From Alphaproteobacteria bacterium (GTDB taxonomy: Bacteria > Pseudomonadota > Alphaproteobacteria > Bin95): a DNA stretch of 64,000 nt. The notes below the pieces were generated by a model, which worked only from the letters and a program-made list of their open reading frames with translations, made no database searches and had not been told where the DNA came from. Shown piece by piece: positions 41,378 to 50,016 of the stretch. Each line of letters opens with the position of its first letter. Within the stretch, counting starts at the first letter, position 1. The position numbers and the translations under genes were made by a program. The DNA is taken from assembly GCA_963665325.3 (NCBI GenBank), contig CAXXWS020000002.1, forward strand, positions 768,001 to 832,000, written 5' to 3'.

Positions 41378-42160
41378 ATGGAATTCGAGGGCCGGACCGT
41401 CATCGTGACGGGAGCGGGCACCGGTGTGGGAGCAGCTGCCGCGCAACGTCTCGCCGGGGGCGGCGCGAAGGTGATCGTCAACTACTCCCGCAGCCGGGAC
41501 GAGGCGGAGGCCGTGGCGGCCGCTTGCCGGGAGGCGGGCGGCGAGGCCGCGGCGGTGCAGGGCGATGTGGCGGACGAGGACGATTGCAAGCGCCTGGCCG
41601 GGGAAGCCGTGTCGCGCTGGGGCCGGATCGACGGCCTCATCAACAGCGCGGGCACCACGGTGTTCCGGCCCGGCAACGACTTCGACACACTCTCCCAGGA
41701 GGACTTCCAGCGCATCTACAGCGTGAATGTGGTCGGGGCCTTCCTGATGACGCGGGCGGTGTCGGCGCAGATGAAATCCCAGGGCCGGGGCAGCGTCGTC
41801 AATATCTCGTCGATTGCCGGCGTGATGGGCGTGGGCAGCTCCATCGCCTATGCCGCATCGAAAGGCGCGCTCAACACCCTGACCCTGTCGCTCGCGCGTG
41901 CGCTTGCGCCTGAAATTCGCGTCAACACGGTGGCGCCCGGTTTCATAACCGGCCGCTGGTGGCGGGAGAAGATGGGCGAGGGTTACGACAAGATGGTCGC
42001 TAACACCGAGGCGGCGACGCCGCTCAAGCGAGCCGGGACTCCCGAGGACATGGCGGCAGCGGCGGTCTGGCTGCTCTGCGGCGATGTCAACATTACCGGC
42101 GAAATCCTGATCTCGGACGCCGGGATGCACTTGGGCGCGGCGCCGTTGAAGGCGCGGTAG
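41378..42160 (+). CDS. Short-chain dehydrogenase/reductase
   Basis: TGAGTGVG, NSAG, YAASK, RVNTVAPG; ATG 41378. Confidence 0.9.
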   Translation: MEFEGRTVIVTGAGTGVGAAAAQRLAGGGAKVIVNYSRSRDEAEAVAAACREAGGEAAAVQGDVADEDDCKRLAGEAVSRWGRIDGLINSAGTTVFRPGNDFDTLSQEDFQRIYSVNVVGAFLMTRAVSAQMKSQGRGSVVNISSIAGVMGVGSSIAYAASKGALNTLTLSLARALAPEIRVNTVAPGFITGRWWREKMGEGYDKMVANTEAATPLKRAGTPEDMAAAAVWLLCGDVNITGEILISDAGMHLGAAPLKAR

Positions 42161-42185
42161 GGCACGTCCGGAACGCGCCTCGGAC

Positions 42186-42797
42186 TCAGAGCGCGGCCGC
42201 GCGGGCGAAGGCGGGGCGGGCTGTCGTGCGGTCCCAGTAGGCCTGGATGTTCGGCGTGAAGGCTTCTGCGATGCCGAGCCGCCCGGCGAAATGCAGCGCC
42301 CAGACGATGGCGATATCGGCAATGGTGAAGCGCCCGGAACAGAGGTAGTCGCGCGTTTCCAGCGCGGCCTCCAGCACGCGCAGCCGGGCGAGGAACCAGA
42401 CCCGGTAATCCTCCACGACCTGCGGCAGGCGCCGTTCCTCCGGCTCCAGGTCGCGGTAACGGAACACCAGCGTCTGCGGGAAGGTCAGGGTTGCGTCGCT
42501 GCGGTGCAGCCAGTCGAGCCAGAGGGGAAAGTCCGGCTCGTGCGCCGCAACCCGGAGCGGCGTCGGGCCGTAGCGGTCCACCAGATAGTGGCAGATGGCC
42601 CCGGACTCCGTCATCCAAGCGTCGCCGTCGATCAGGCAAGGCACCGTGCCAAGCGGATTGACCTGCTTGTAGTCCTTGTGATGCGCGCGCGGCGGGAACT
42701 CCAGCGTCACCAGCTCGTAGTCGAGCTCCATCTCCTCCAGCGTCCACACACACCGCATCGAGCGCGCATGCGCGCAGTGGTAAAGCTTGATCGCCAT
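42186..42797 (-). CDS. Glutathione S-transferase family protein
   Basis: ARSMRCVWTLEE, NPLGTVPCL, ESGAICHYL, FTIADI. Confidence 0.9.
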   Translation of the reverse strand: MAIKLYHCAHARSMRCVWTLEEMELDYELVTLEFPPRAHHKDYKQVNPLGTVPCLIDGDAWMTESGAICHYLVDRYGPTPLRVAAHEPDFPLWLDWLHRSDATLTFPQTLVFRYRDLEPEERRLPQVVEDYRVWFLARLRVLEAALETRDYLCSGRFTIADIAIVWALHFAGRLGIAEAFTPNIQAYWDRTTARPAFARAAAL

Positions 42798-42972
42798 GGC
42801 CTGTATTCCCGTACGCCACCGGGTCTCGTTGTTGCAAGATTAGAGCGGGATCATTCAATTGAGAATTGGAAGGGAAATCTCCCAAATCCTTTGCCTGAGT
42901 CAATACGTCCACACGGCCTCGCGACACCGGATTGCCCCCGGTCGCGGCAGGCCATTGGACGGAGCGGCGGCT

Positions 42973-43536
42973 TTAACGGTTTGCGCCGGGAACCCAGAGA
43001 ATGTCGGCCCCGCCCTTGTCGTTGACCAGCCGGGCGGCGACGAAGAGGTGGTCCGAGAGGCGGTTGATATAGTGCCGTGCGGCTTCGCCTACCGGCTCTT
43101 CCCGCGCCAGTGCCGTCATCGAGCGCTCCGCCCGCCGGGCCGTCGTGCGAGCAAGGTGCAGCGCCGCCGCCGCCGCCGACCCACCTGGCAGCACGAAGGA
43201 GTTGAGCGGCGCGAGGCCGGCGTTCATGGCATCGATCTCGGCCTCCAGCCGGAGAACCTGTTCGGGCACGACGCGCAGGGCGCCGGAGCGCCGTTCGCCG
43301 CCCTCCGGCGTGCAGAGGTCCGCGCCCAGGTCGAACAGGTCGTTCTGGATGCGCGCCAGCATCTCATCTATCTCCCCGGATGTATGGAGGCGCGCGAGGC
43401 CGATGCAGGCATTGGTCTCATCCACCGCGCCGAATGCCTCGACGCGAACGCTGTCCTTTGCGACGCGCGCACCGTTGCCGAGCGAAGTCTCGCCCCTGTC
43501 GCCGCCCCGTGTGTAGATTTTCGTGAGCCGGACCAT
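42973..43536 (-). CDS. PduO-type cob(I)alamin adenosyltransferase
   Basis: MVRLTKIYTRGGDRGET, GAVDETN, QNDLFDLGADL, FVLPGG, RRAER, NRLSDHLF. Confidence 0.93.
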   Translation of the reverse strand: MVRLTKIYTRGGDRGETSLGNGARVAKDSVRVEAFGAVDETNACIGLARLHTSGEIDEMLARIQNDLFDLGADLCTPEGGERRSGALRVVPEQVLRLEAEIDAMNAGLAPLNSFVLPGGSAAAAALHLARTTARRAERSMTALAREEPVGEAARHYINRLSDHLFVAARLVNDKGGADILWVPGANR

Positions 43537-43721
43537 CAGGTTCCGGCCAGCAGCGCCGCCGCAGCGATCAGGACAATTGCGAGGAATTGCAGGCCGACGC
43601 GAAGCTGCATCAGCTTGTTGCCGTACTTCCGGTTGAAGTCGCCACCCCGCATCATCCCGAAAATCCCGGTGAACAGGACGAGCGCCACCGCAGCAAGGGC
43701 AATCGGGATGAGGAATGACAC
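43536..43721 (-). CDS. Twin-transmembrane-helix small protein (HIG1-like)
   Basis: Two hydrophobic helices, GGDFNRKYGNKLMQLRVGLQ; stop overlaps the pduO-type ATG. Confidence 0.85.
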   Translation of the reverse strand: MSFLIPIALAAVALVLFTGIFGMMRGGDFNRKYGNKLMQLRVGLQFLAIVLIAAAALLAGT

Positions 43722-43733
43722 GCGACGGCTCTT

Positions 43734-44027
43734 CTATCTCGCTGGCGCGGCGGGCCCGGTGCGCTCGATCAATGTCCTCAGCGCCGTCATGGACTCGGTA
43801 TGCAAGGCCCGAAGCGTTGCCATGGCCTCCTCGTTCCGGCGGATGTCGGCGTCCCGCCATTCGGCGAGCTCGGCGGCGGCCGCCTCGCGGGCGCGGGTGC
43901 GTTCGTCCGACGACCGGTGCATCTCGCCAATACCGCGCCAGATGAGGAAGCAGGCGGCCCCGCCGACCAGCACTGTCGATCCTGCGATGGCGACGGTTGC
44001 CCAAGCTGTTATCAGCGCGGGGTCCAT
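43734..44027 (-). CDS. Small hypothetical protein: N-terminal TM helix plus charged coiled coil
   Basis: MDPALITAWATVAIAGSTVLVGGAACFLIW followed by an E/R-rich helix; fills the gap exactly. Confidence 0.6.
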   Translation of the reverse strand: MDPALITAWATVAIAGSTVLVGGAACFLIWRGIGEMHRSSDERTRAREAAAAELAEWRDADIRRNEEAMATLRALHTESMTALRTLIERTGPAAPAR

Positions 44028-44092
44028 GGCGGCACTGTTCCCGTAACCGACATTCGGTTGCGAACGTAACCTATGGCCCGCCCCGGGGTGCG

Positions 44093-45271
44093 TCAATCGG
44101 AACGCGCCGCGAGCGCCGCCTCGGCGTCGTAGCCGTAGAGCCAGATCTGGCCGGGCGGAAAGCCGCCGCGATACTCCGCGCGGTCCTTCGCCAGCTTGGC
44201 ATTGCGAACAGCAACTTCGGCTGGGTCCGCGAGCAGGCAGTGGCGCTCGATGGCGCGGGACCAGCCCTGCACCCGGTTGGCGCGGTCGCGGCGCAATGCC
44301 TCGTAGCGGGCGAGGCCGGTCTCACCCTTGTCCTCGGCGAGGCAGCCGGCCAGCACCCAGGCGTCCTCCAGACTCATCGCGGCGCCCTGGGCATGGTAGG
44401 GCATCATGGCGTGCGCTGCGTCGCCGATCAGCGTCGTCCGCCCGACGGTCCAGGCCGGCAGACCCTCGCGGTCGAACAGCGCCCATTCGTGCACGGCCTC
44501 CGTGCGTTCCACCATGCGCGTGACCGTGGCTGGGAAGGGCGCCATCGCCGCAGCGGCGTCCTCCACGCGGCCGAGGCGGGACCAGGATTCCGGCGTCTCG
44601 CGGTCGATGCGTGCAATCGCGATCCAGTTCATCAACCGCCCGGCCGAGACCCAATAGCGCACCATGCACGAGTCCGGCCCCCACCAGACGCCGGACTCGC
44701 GCGGAATGTCCAGATCGGCCAGGCGCTCGGCCGGAACCAGCGCCCGCCACGCGACCGAGCCCGAGTCCCGCGCATTGCCGGTGCCGAATAGATGCCGGCG
44801 CACCGGGCTGTGGATTCCGTCAGCACCGATGACGACATCGGCCTCGACGGTCTCGCCGTCCGCAAGCGCGAGGCGTCCTTCGTCCATGGCGACGACCTGC
44901 GATCCGAGCCGTATCCTCCCCGGTGGCTGGCGGTTGAGCAGTCCGTCCAGCAAATCCGCCCGGTGGGCGTGGTAGTAGGGATAGCCAAAGGTCTCGCGTG
45001 CTTCCCGGCCGAGCGGGGCCTCCACCAGGGTCTCGCCTTCATGGCTGCGGATCGCAAGCCCGCCCGGCTCGACGCCCCACCCGGCCATGTCGTCTTCGAG
45101 GCCGAGCCAATTCAGGATACGGGTCGCGTTCGGGCTGAGCTGGATGCCGGCGCCCACGGGCTCGATACGCGGCGCCTGCTCCAGCACCAGGGCGTCGATG
45201 CCGCGCTTTGCGAGGGAGAGGGACAGGGCCAGCCCGCCGATGCCGGCGCCGACGATAACGATCCGTGACAT
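44093..45271 (-). CDS. FAD-dependent monooxygenase (class A, salicylate/hydroxynicotinate hydroxylase-like)
   Basis: VIVGAGIGGL, GAGIQLSPN, HRADL, GADGIHS, IGDAAHAMMPYHAQGA. Confidence 0.9.
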   Translation of the reverse strand: MSRIVIVGAGIGGLALSLSLAKRGIDALVLEQAPRIEPVGAGIQLSPNATRILNWLGLEDDMAGWGVEPGGLAIRSHEGETLVEAPLGREARETFGYPYYHAHRADLLDGLLNRQPPGRIRLGSQVVAMDEGRLALADGETVEADVVIGADGIHSPVRRHLFGTGNARDSGSVAWRALVPAERLADLDIPRESGVWWGPDSCMVRYWVSAGRLMNWIAIARIDRETPESWSRLGRVEDAAAAMAPFPATVTRMVERTEAVHEWALFDREGLPAWTVGRTTLIGDAAHAMMPYHAQGAAMSLEDAWVLAGCLAEDKGETGLARYEALRRDRANRVQGWSRAIERHCLLADPAEVAVRNAKLAKDRAEYRGGFPPGQIWLYGYDAEAALAARSD

Positions 45272-45290
45272 GCAAATGCGCTCCGGGGGC

Positions 45291-46922
45291 TCAGTTGCGG
45301 CGTTCCAGAAGGCCGCGCGCGATGACATGGGCCTGTATCTCAGCCGCGCCCTCGAAGATGTTGAGGATGCGGGCGTCGCAGAGGATCCGCCCCACCTCGT
45401 ATTCCTGCGCGTAGCCGTTGCCGCCATGCACCTGCACGGCATTGTCGGCATTGGCCCAGGCGGCGCGCGCCGCGAGCAGCTTTGCCATGCCGGCCTCGAT
45501 GTCGCAGCGCCGTCCGTTGTCCTTCTCGCGCGCGGCGAAATAGGCGAGCTGGCGGGCGATCTGGGTTTCGACCGCCATCCAGGCGATCTTGCCGGCGACG
45601 CGCGGGAAGCCGAGGATCGCCTTACCGAACTGCCTGCGGCCGGCAGCGTAGTCCAGCGCAAGCTCCATCGCGCGCTCCGCTACGCCCACTGACCGCGCCG
45701 CGGTCTGGATGCGGGCGCTCTCGAAGGTCGCCATCAACTGCTTGAAGCCCTGTCCTTCCTCGCGTCCGAGCAGGTCTCCGGCATCCACCTCGAAGCCGTC
45801 GAAGCCGATGTCGTATTCCTTCATGCCGCGATAGCCGAGCACCGGAATCTCGCCGCCGTCGATGCCGGGGTCGGGGAAGGGGTTGCCGTCGTCGCCGCGC
45901 GTCTTCGGGGCAAGGAACATGGAGAGGCCCCGATAACCGGGCGTGTCGGGGTCGGTGCGGGCGAGCAGGGTCATCAGGTCGGCGCGCGCCGCATGGGTGA
46001 TCCAGGTCTTCGCGCCGGAAATCCGGTAGGTGCTGCCGTCCCGGACCGCGCGGGTGCGCACGCCGCCGAGGTCCGAGCCGACGTCGGGCTCGGTGAACAC
46101 GGCGGTCGGCAGCACGGCGCCGCTCGCAATGTCCGCGAGCCAGCGTTCCTTCTGCTCCTTTGTGCCGCCGAGCCGGATCAGCTCGGCCGCGATCTCGGAA
46201 CGGGTGCCGAGCGAGCCGACGCCGATATAGCCGCGCGACAGCTCTTCGGTGACCACGCACATGGCCACTTTGCCCATGCCGAGCCCGCCCCATTCTTCCG
46301 GCACGGTGAGGCCGAACACGCCCATATCCGCCATGTCCCCGACAACGGCCATCGGAATGAGCTCGTCGCGGCTGTGCCATCCGTGGGCCGGCCCGACGAT
46401 GCGCTCGTCCGCGAATCGGCGGAACTGGTCCCGCACCAGGGCCAGCGACTCGTCCTCCAGTCCGTCGGACGGCCTCTGGCCCTCGGCAAGCAGGGCGGCA
46501 ATTTCCATGCGTGCGGCGTTCGAATTGCCCTCGGCTGCGACGCGCTCGACGGCAGGACCGCGCAGTGCCGCGCCGTCGAGGCCGAGGTCCGCGGGCCGGA
46601 CCACTTCTCCCTGCGAGACCGCGATGCCGCCGGAAAGCTGCGCCAGATACTCCCCGAAGGCCGCTTGCAGGACGAGCCGGTCCAGCTCCGTGAGGGCGTC
46701 GGAGGCTTCGAGTCGCCGCCCCCAGCCGAGCATTTCGCGCAGGCCCGCGACATAAGTTGCGATCCAGGCAAAACCGTGGGCGGCGAACTGATCGCGTTCC
46801 AGTGCGGCGGGGTCGGTCCGACCGCCGGCCTGCACACGCGCCGCAACGCCGCCGCGCGCGTCATCGAGATAGGCCTCGGCTGCGGCGAGTGCCTCTTCGA
46901 GGAGGGAGATCGGGAGGGTCAT
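45291..46922 (-). CDS. mcd: Acyl-CoA dehydrogenase, (2S)-methylsuccinyl-CoA dehydrogenase-like
   Basis: 543 aa with N-terminal extension LERDQFAAHGFAWIATY; LPTAVFTEPDVGSDL, LGYRGMKEY, FESARIQTAAR, NIFEGAAEIQ. Confidence 0.8.
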   Translation of the reverse strand: MTLPISLLEEALAAAEAYLDDARGGVAARVQAGGRTDPAALERDQFAAHGFAWIATYVAGLREMLGWGRRLEASDALTELDRLVLQAAFGEYLAQLSGGIAVSQGEVVRPADLGLDGAALRGPAVERVAAEGNSNAARMEIAALLAEGQRPSDGLEDESLALVRDQFRRFADERIVGPAHGWHSRDELIPMAVVGDMADMGVFGLTVPEEWGGLGMGKVAMCVVTEELSRGYIGVGSLGTRSEIAAELIRLGGTKEQKERWLADIASGAVLPTAVFTEPDVGSDLGGVRTRAVRDGSTYRISGAKTWITHAARADLMTLLARTDPDTPGYRGLSMFLAPKTRGDDGNPFPDPGIDGGEIPVLGYRGMKEYDIGFDGFEVDAGDLLGREEGQGFKQLMATFESARIQTAARSVGVAERAMELALDYAAGRRQFGKAILGFPRVAGKIAWMAVETQIARQLAYFAAREKDNGRRCDIEAGMAKLLAARAAWANADNAVQVHGGNGYAQEYEVGRILCDARILNIFEGAAEIQAHVIARGLLERRN

Positions 46923-47016
46923 GGGGTGGGGCGGACGCCTTTTTCGAGTGGCGCGTTATAGCAAGACGGCCGCTCCGGCTATACACTGGCGGCCCATAAA
47001 CTGCGTGGTCACCGCG

Positions 47017-47976
47017 ATGCCGCTTCTCGACCCGAGCCCGACCTACAAGCCCTTCCGCTATCCTTGGGCCTACGACGCCTGGCTGACGCAGCAGCGCATC
47101 CACTGGCTGCCGGAAGAGGTGCCGCTTTCCGACGACGTGACCGACTGGCGGCGCATCCTCACGCTCGCCGAGCGGAACCTGCTCGCCCAGATTTTCCGCT
47201 TTTTCACCCAGGCCGATGTCGAGGTGAACAACTGCTACATGAAGCACTATGCCCGCGTCTTCGAGCCGACCGAGGTGCAGATGATGCTGGCGGCCTTCTC
47301 GAACATCGAGACGGTGCATATCGCGGCCTACAGCCATTTGCTCGATACGGTGGGGATGCCGGAAGTCGAGTATTCGGCCTTCATGCACTACAAGGCGATG
47401 CGCGACAAATACGATTACATGAAGCAGTTCGGCTCCGACTCGAAGGAAGACATTGCGCGCACACTCGCCGTGTTCGGCGCCTTCACCGAGGGGGTCCAGC
47501 TCTTTGCGAGCTTCGCGATCCTGCTGAATTTCCCACGCTTCGGCAAAATGAAGGGCATGGGGCAGATCGTGGCCTGGTCGGCGCGCGACGAGACCCTTCA
47601 TACCGAGAACGCGATCCGCCTGTTCCGCACCTTCATCGGCGAATATCCCGAAGTGTGGACCGATGCGCTCCGCCGGGACCTGACGGACGCCTGCCGGACG
47701 GTGATCGAGCATGAGGACGCCTTCATCGACCTTGCCTTCGAGATGGGCGGCGTCGAGGGCCTGGAGGCGGAGGAGGTCAAGGCCTATATCCGCTTCATCG
47801 CCGACCGGCGGCTGGAACAGCTCGGCCTGGAGGCGATCTTCGCCGTGGCGGAGAACCCGCTTTCCTGGATGGACGAAATGCTGAACGGCGTGGAGCACGC
47901 CAACTTCTTCGAGAACCGCGCCACCGAATACGCCAGGGCCGCGACGCGCGGCAGCTGGGAAGAGGCATTCGCCTGA
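47017..47976 (+). CDS. nrdB: Ribonucleotide-diphosphate reductase class Ia beta subunit
   Basis: HWLPEEV, FFTQADVEV, IETVH...Y (radical Tyr), EGVQLF, RDETLH, NFFENRATEY. Confidence 0.93.
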   Translation: MPLLDPSPTYKPFRYPWAYDAWLTQQRIHWLPEEVPLSDDVTDWRRILTLAERNLLAQIFRFFTQADVEVNNCYMKHYARVFEPTEVQMMLAAFSNIETVHIAAYSHLLDTVGMPEVEYSAFMHYKAMRDKYDYMKQFGSDSKEDIARTLAVFGAFTEGVQLFASFAILLNFPRFGKMKGMGQIVAWSARDETLHTENAIRLFRTFIGEYPEVWTDALRRDLTDACRTVIEHEDAFIDLAFEMGGVEGLEAEEVKAYIRFIADRRLEQLGLEAIFAVAENPLSWMDEMLNGVEHANFFENRATEYARAATRGSWEEAFA

Positions 47977-48038
47977 GCCGGGAAAGGAGGCGGACCGGCA
48001 TGGCCGGCATCGCGGCCGTGCCGGAGGCGCGCTGAGCG

Positions 48039-48767
48039 ATGGCGTTCCTGTCTCCGGAGTTGTTCCTTGCCATGGGCGTTGCGGCCGCGGCCGGGCTGAT
48101 GCGGGGTTTCGCCGGCGTCGGCTCCGGCATGCTGATGGCGCCGGTCTTTGCGATCCTGTTCGGCCCGGTCCAGACCGTCGCGGTCATCATCCTCATGGAA
48201 ATCGTGGTCACCGGCCAGCTCCTCCCCGGCGTGCGCCGGGAGATCGACTGGAAGGTGATTGCCCCGATGGGGATCGCGGCCGCCCTTCTCATGCCGGCGG
48301 GAAGCTGGCTTCTCGTGACGCTCGATCCCGACCTCATCGCGCGGGGGATCGCACTGGTCGTGGTGGCCTTCTCGGTCGTCCTGATGGCCGGGTGGCGCTA
48401 TGAGGGCGAGAAGAAGCTGTGGGCGACCGTCGGCGTCGGGGGGCTATCGGGCGTATTGATGGCTTCGACCAGCCTCGGAAATCCTCCGGTGATGGCCTAC
48501 CTGCTCTCCAGCCGGGATTCGGCGGCGACCAACCGCGCAAATTTCACCGGCTACTTCGCGGTCACGCTGGTGGCGCTGATCGCCATGATGGCGGTTGCAG
48601 GGCTGATCGACGGCAATGCCGTCGTAACGGCGGCGATATTGCTGCCGGTGTTCATGGCAGGGGCATGGGCCGGCTCCCGGCTCTTCCGGCAGTCGAGCGA
48701 AACGCTCTACCGCCGCGTCGCCCTCGGCCTCCTGTTCTGCGTCGGGCTCTACGGGCTGCTGCGGTAG
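48039..48767 (+). CDS. TSUP (TauE/SafE sulfite exporter) family membrane protein
   Basis: AGLMRGFAGVGSG, GGLSG...GNPP, multiple TM helices. Confidence 0.85.
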   Translation: MAFLSPELFLAMGVAAAAGLMRGFAGVGSGMLMAPVFAILFGPVQTVAVIILMEIVVTGQLLPGVRREIDWKVIAPMGIAAALLMPAGSWLLVTLDPDLIARGIALVVVAFSVVLMAGWRYEGEKKLWATVGVGGLSGVLMASTSLGNPPVMAYLLSSRDSAATNRANFTGYFAVTLVALIAMMAVAGLIDGNAVVTAAILLPVFMAGAWAGSRLFRQSSETLYRRVALGLLFCVGLYGLLR

Positions 48768-48851
48768 GTTCCGAAGCGTTCGTGGCAGTGGACAGTGGCA
48801 CCGGCACCGGACTCACGGGGACGCTTCAGACGGTACGGATATACGCCAAGT

Positions 48852-49973
48852 TCAAAGCAGCGGCTGCTGGCCGCCATTGTCGCCGAAGGCCTGTTCGCGG
48901 TAGAGGCCGAGGGCGCGCATGACCGGCAGGTCGGAGAGGCAGAACAGGCAGGTGTCGTCGGTGTCCGAGGCGTTGGCGTGTTCGTGCCACGCCCAGGACG
49001 GCACGCAGAAGATGTCGCGCTCGGTCCAGTCGTAGCGCTTGCCGTCGATGACCGAATGGCCGCTGCCCTTCGCGACCTGATAGAGGAAGCTGCCGGTGTG
49101 GCGGTGCGCCTTCGTGCGCTCGCCCGGCCGCAGCAATTGCATGCTGGCGCCTATTGTCTGCATCACGGGGCCGTTGGTCGCCGGGTTCACATATTCCATC
49201 AATACGCCGTCATGGGGTGAGCCGTCAGTGCAGGAGGCGTAGTTGCAGAGCGCTTCGTAGGTCCGCCGCCACTCATACTTGAACAGCGGCGAATAGCCCT
49301 TGCTCCAAGTGCCACCGCCCGGCGTCAGCCCCGGATTTCCCCAGGTGCTCGTCACGTCGTCGACCTCGTACGCCACGGCTTGCGCGAGGTCGGGATGCAC
49401 CTCGTAGAAATTCGCCTCCATGGCGTTGACGAAGGGGATGTCCAGACCGTCCTGCCAGATGCAGGGGCTGCCCGAGGCCTCGACCCCGTGCTCATGCCAG
49501 GTGCCGTTCGGCGTCAGTACGAAGTCGTTTGCGCCGAGCGTGATCTTGTGCCCGTCGACGACGGTGTAGGCGCCTTCGCCCTCCATGATGAAGCGGATTG
49601 CGGAGGCCGAGTGGCGATGCGCGCTCGCCGCCTCTCCCGGGTTCATCGCCTGCAGCCCGGCATAGATCCAGCCCACAGCCGCCGCGACCTCCGTGCGGCC
49701 CGGATTGTTGAGATAGACGACCCGGCGGCCCGCCTCTTCCGGCGTCACCAGATCGAGGGACCTCAGGACGTGTTCGCGGAGGTCCCGGTAACGCCAGACG
49801 ACCGGGATCGATTGCGATACCGGCTCCCACGGTTCGATCTTGTTGGCGACCGTCCACAAGGCACCCGCGCGATGCCTGTCGAGTTCGTCGTAGTAAGCCA
49901 GCAGTTCCGGCGTATCCCGGACATTCGCCCTGCCGGGAACGTCTTCACGGTAGTTCTCGTGCTTCCTGCCCAA
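48852..49973 (-). CDS. Gentisate 1,2-dioxygenase-like bicupin ring-cleavage dioxygenase
   Basis: RRVVYLNNPG, AHRHSASAIRF, WHEH, DGLDIP, YVNPATNGP, second AHRHTGS and WHEH; TTG start after GGGAGG. Confidence 0.88.
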   Translation of the reverse strand: MGRKHENYREDVPGRANVRDTPELLAYYDELDRHRAGALWTVANKIEPWEPVSQSIPVVWRYRDLREHVLRSLDLVTPEEAGRRVVYLNNPGRTEVAAAVGWIYAGLQAMNPGEAASAHRHSASAIRFIMEGEGAYTVVDGHKITLGANDFVLTPNGTWHEHGVEASGSPCIWQDGLDIPFVNAMEANFYEVHPDLAQAVAYEVDDVTSTWGNPGLTPGGGTWSKGYSPLFKYEWRRTYEALCNYASCTDGSPHDGVLMEYVNPATNGPVMQTIGASMQLLRPGERTKAHRHTGSFLYQVAKGSGHSVIDGKRYDWTERDIFCVPSWAWHEHANASDTDDTCLFCLSDLPVMRALGLYREQAFGDNGGQQPLL

Positions 49974-50016
49974 ATGCCGCGCCTCCCGTCGATGAGCGGC
50001 TACCGGCCTCGCCGCA

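Noticed and set aside
42186-42797. GST as the maleylpyruvate isomerase partner of the gentisate-type dioxygenase
   Set aside because: Lacks the zeta-class SS(A/C)S N-terminal motif and lies 6 kb away
48033-48090. Selenocysteine at the in-frame UGA before the TSUP gene
   Set aside because: No recognisable bacterial SECIS hairpin, and the position is not a redox Cys site
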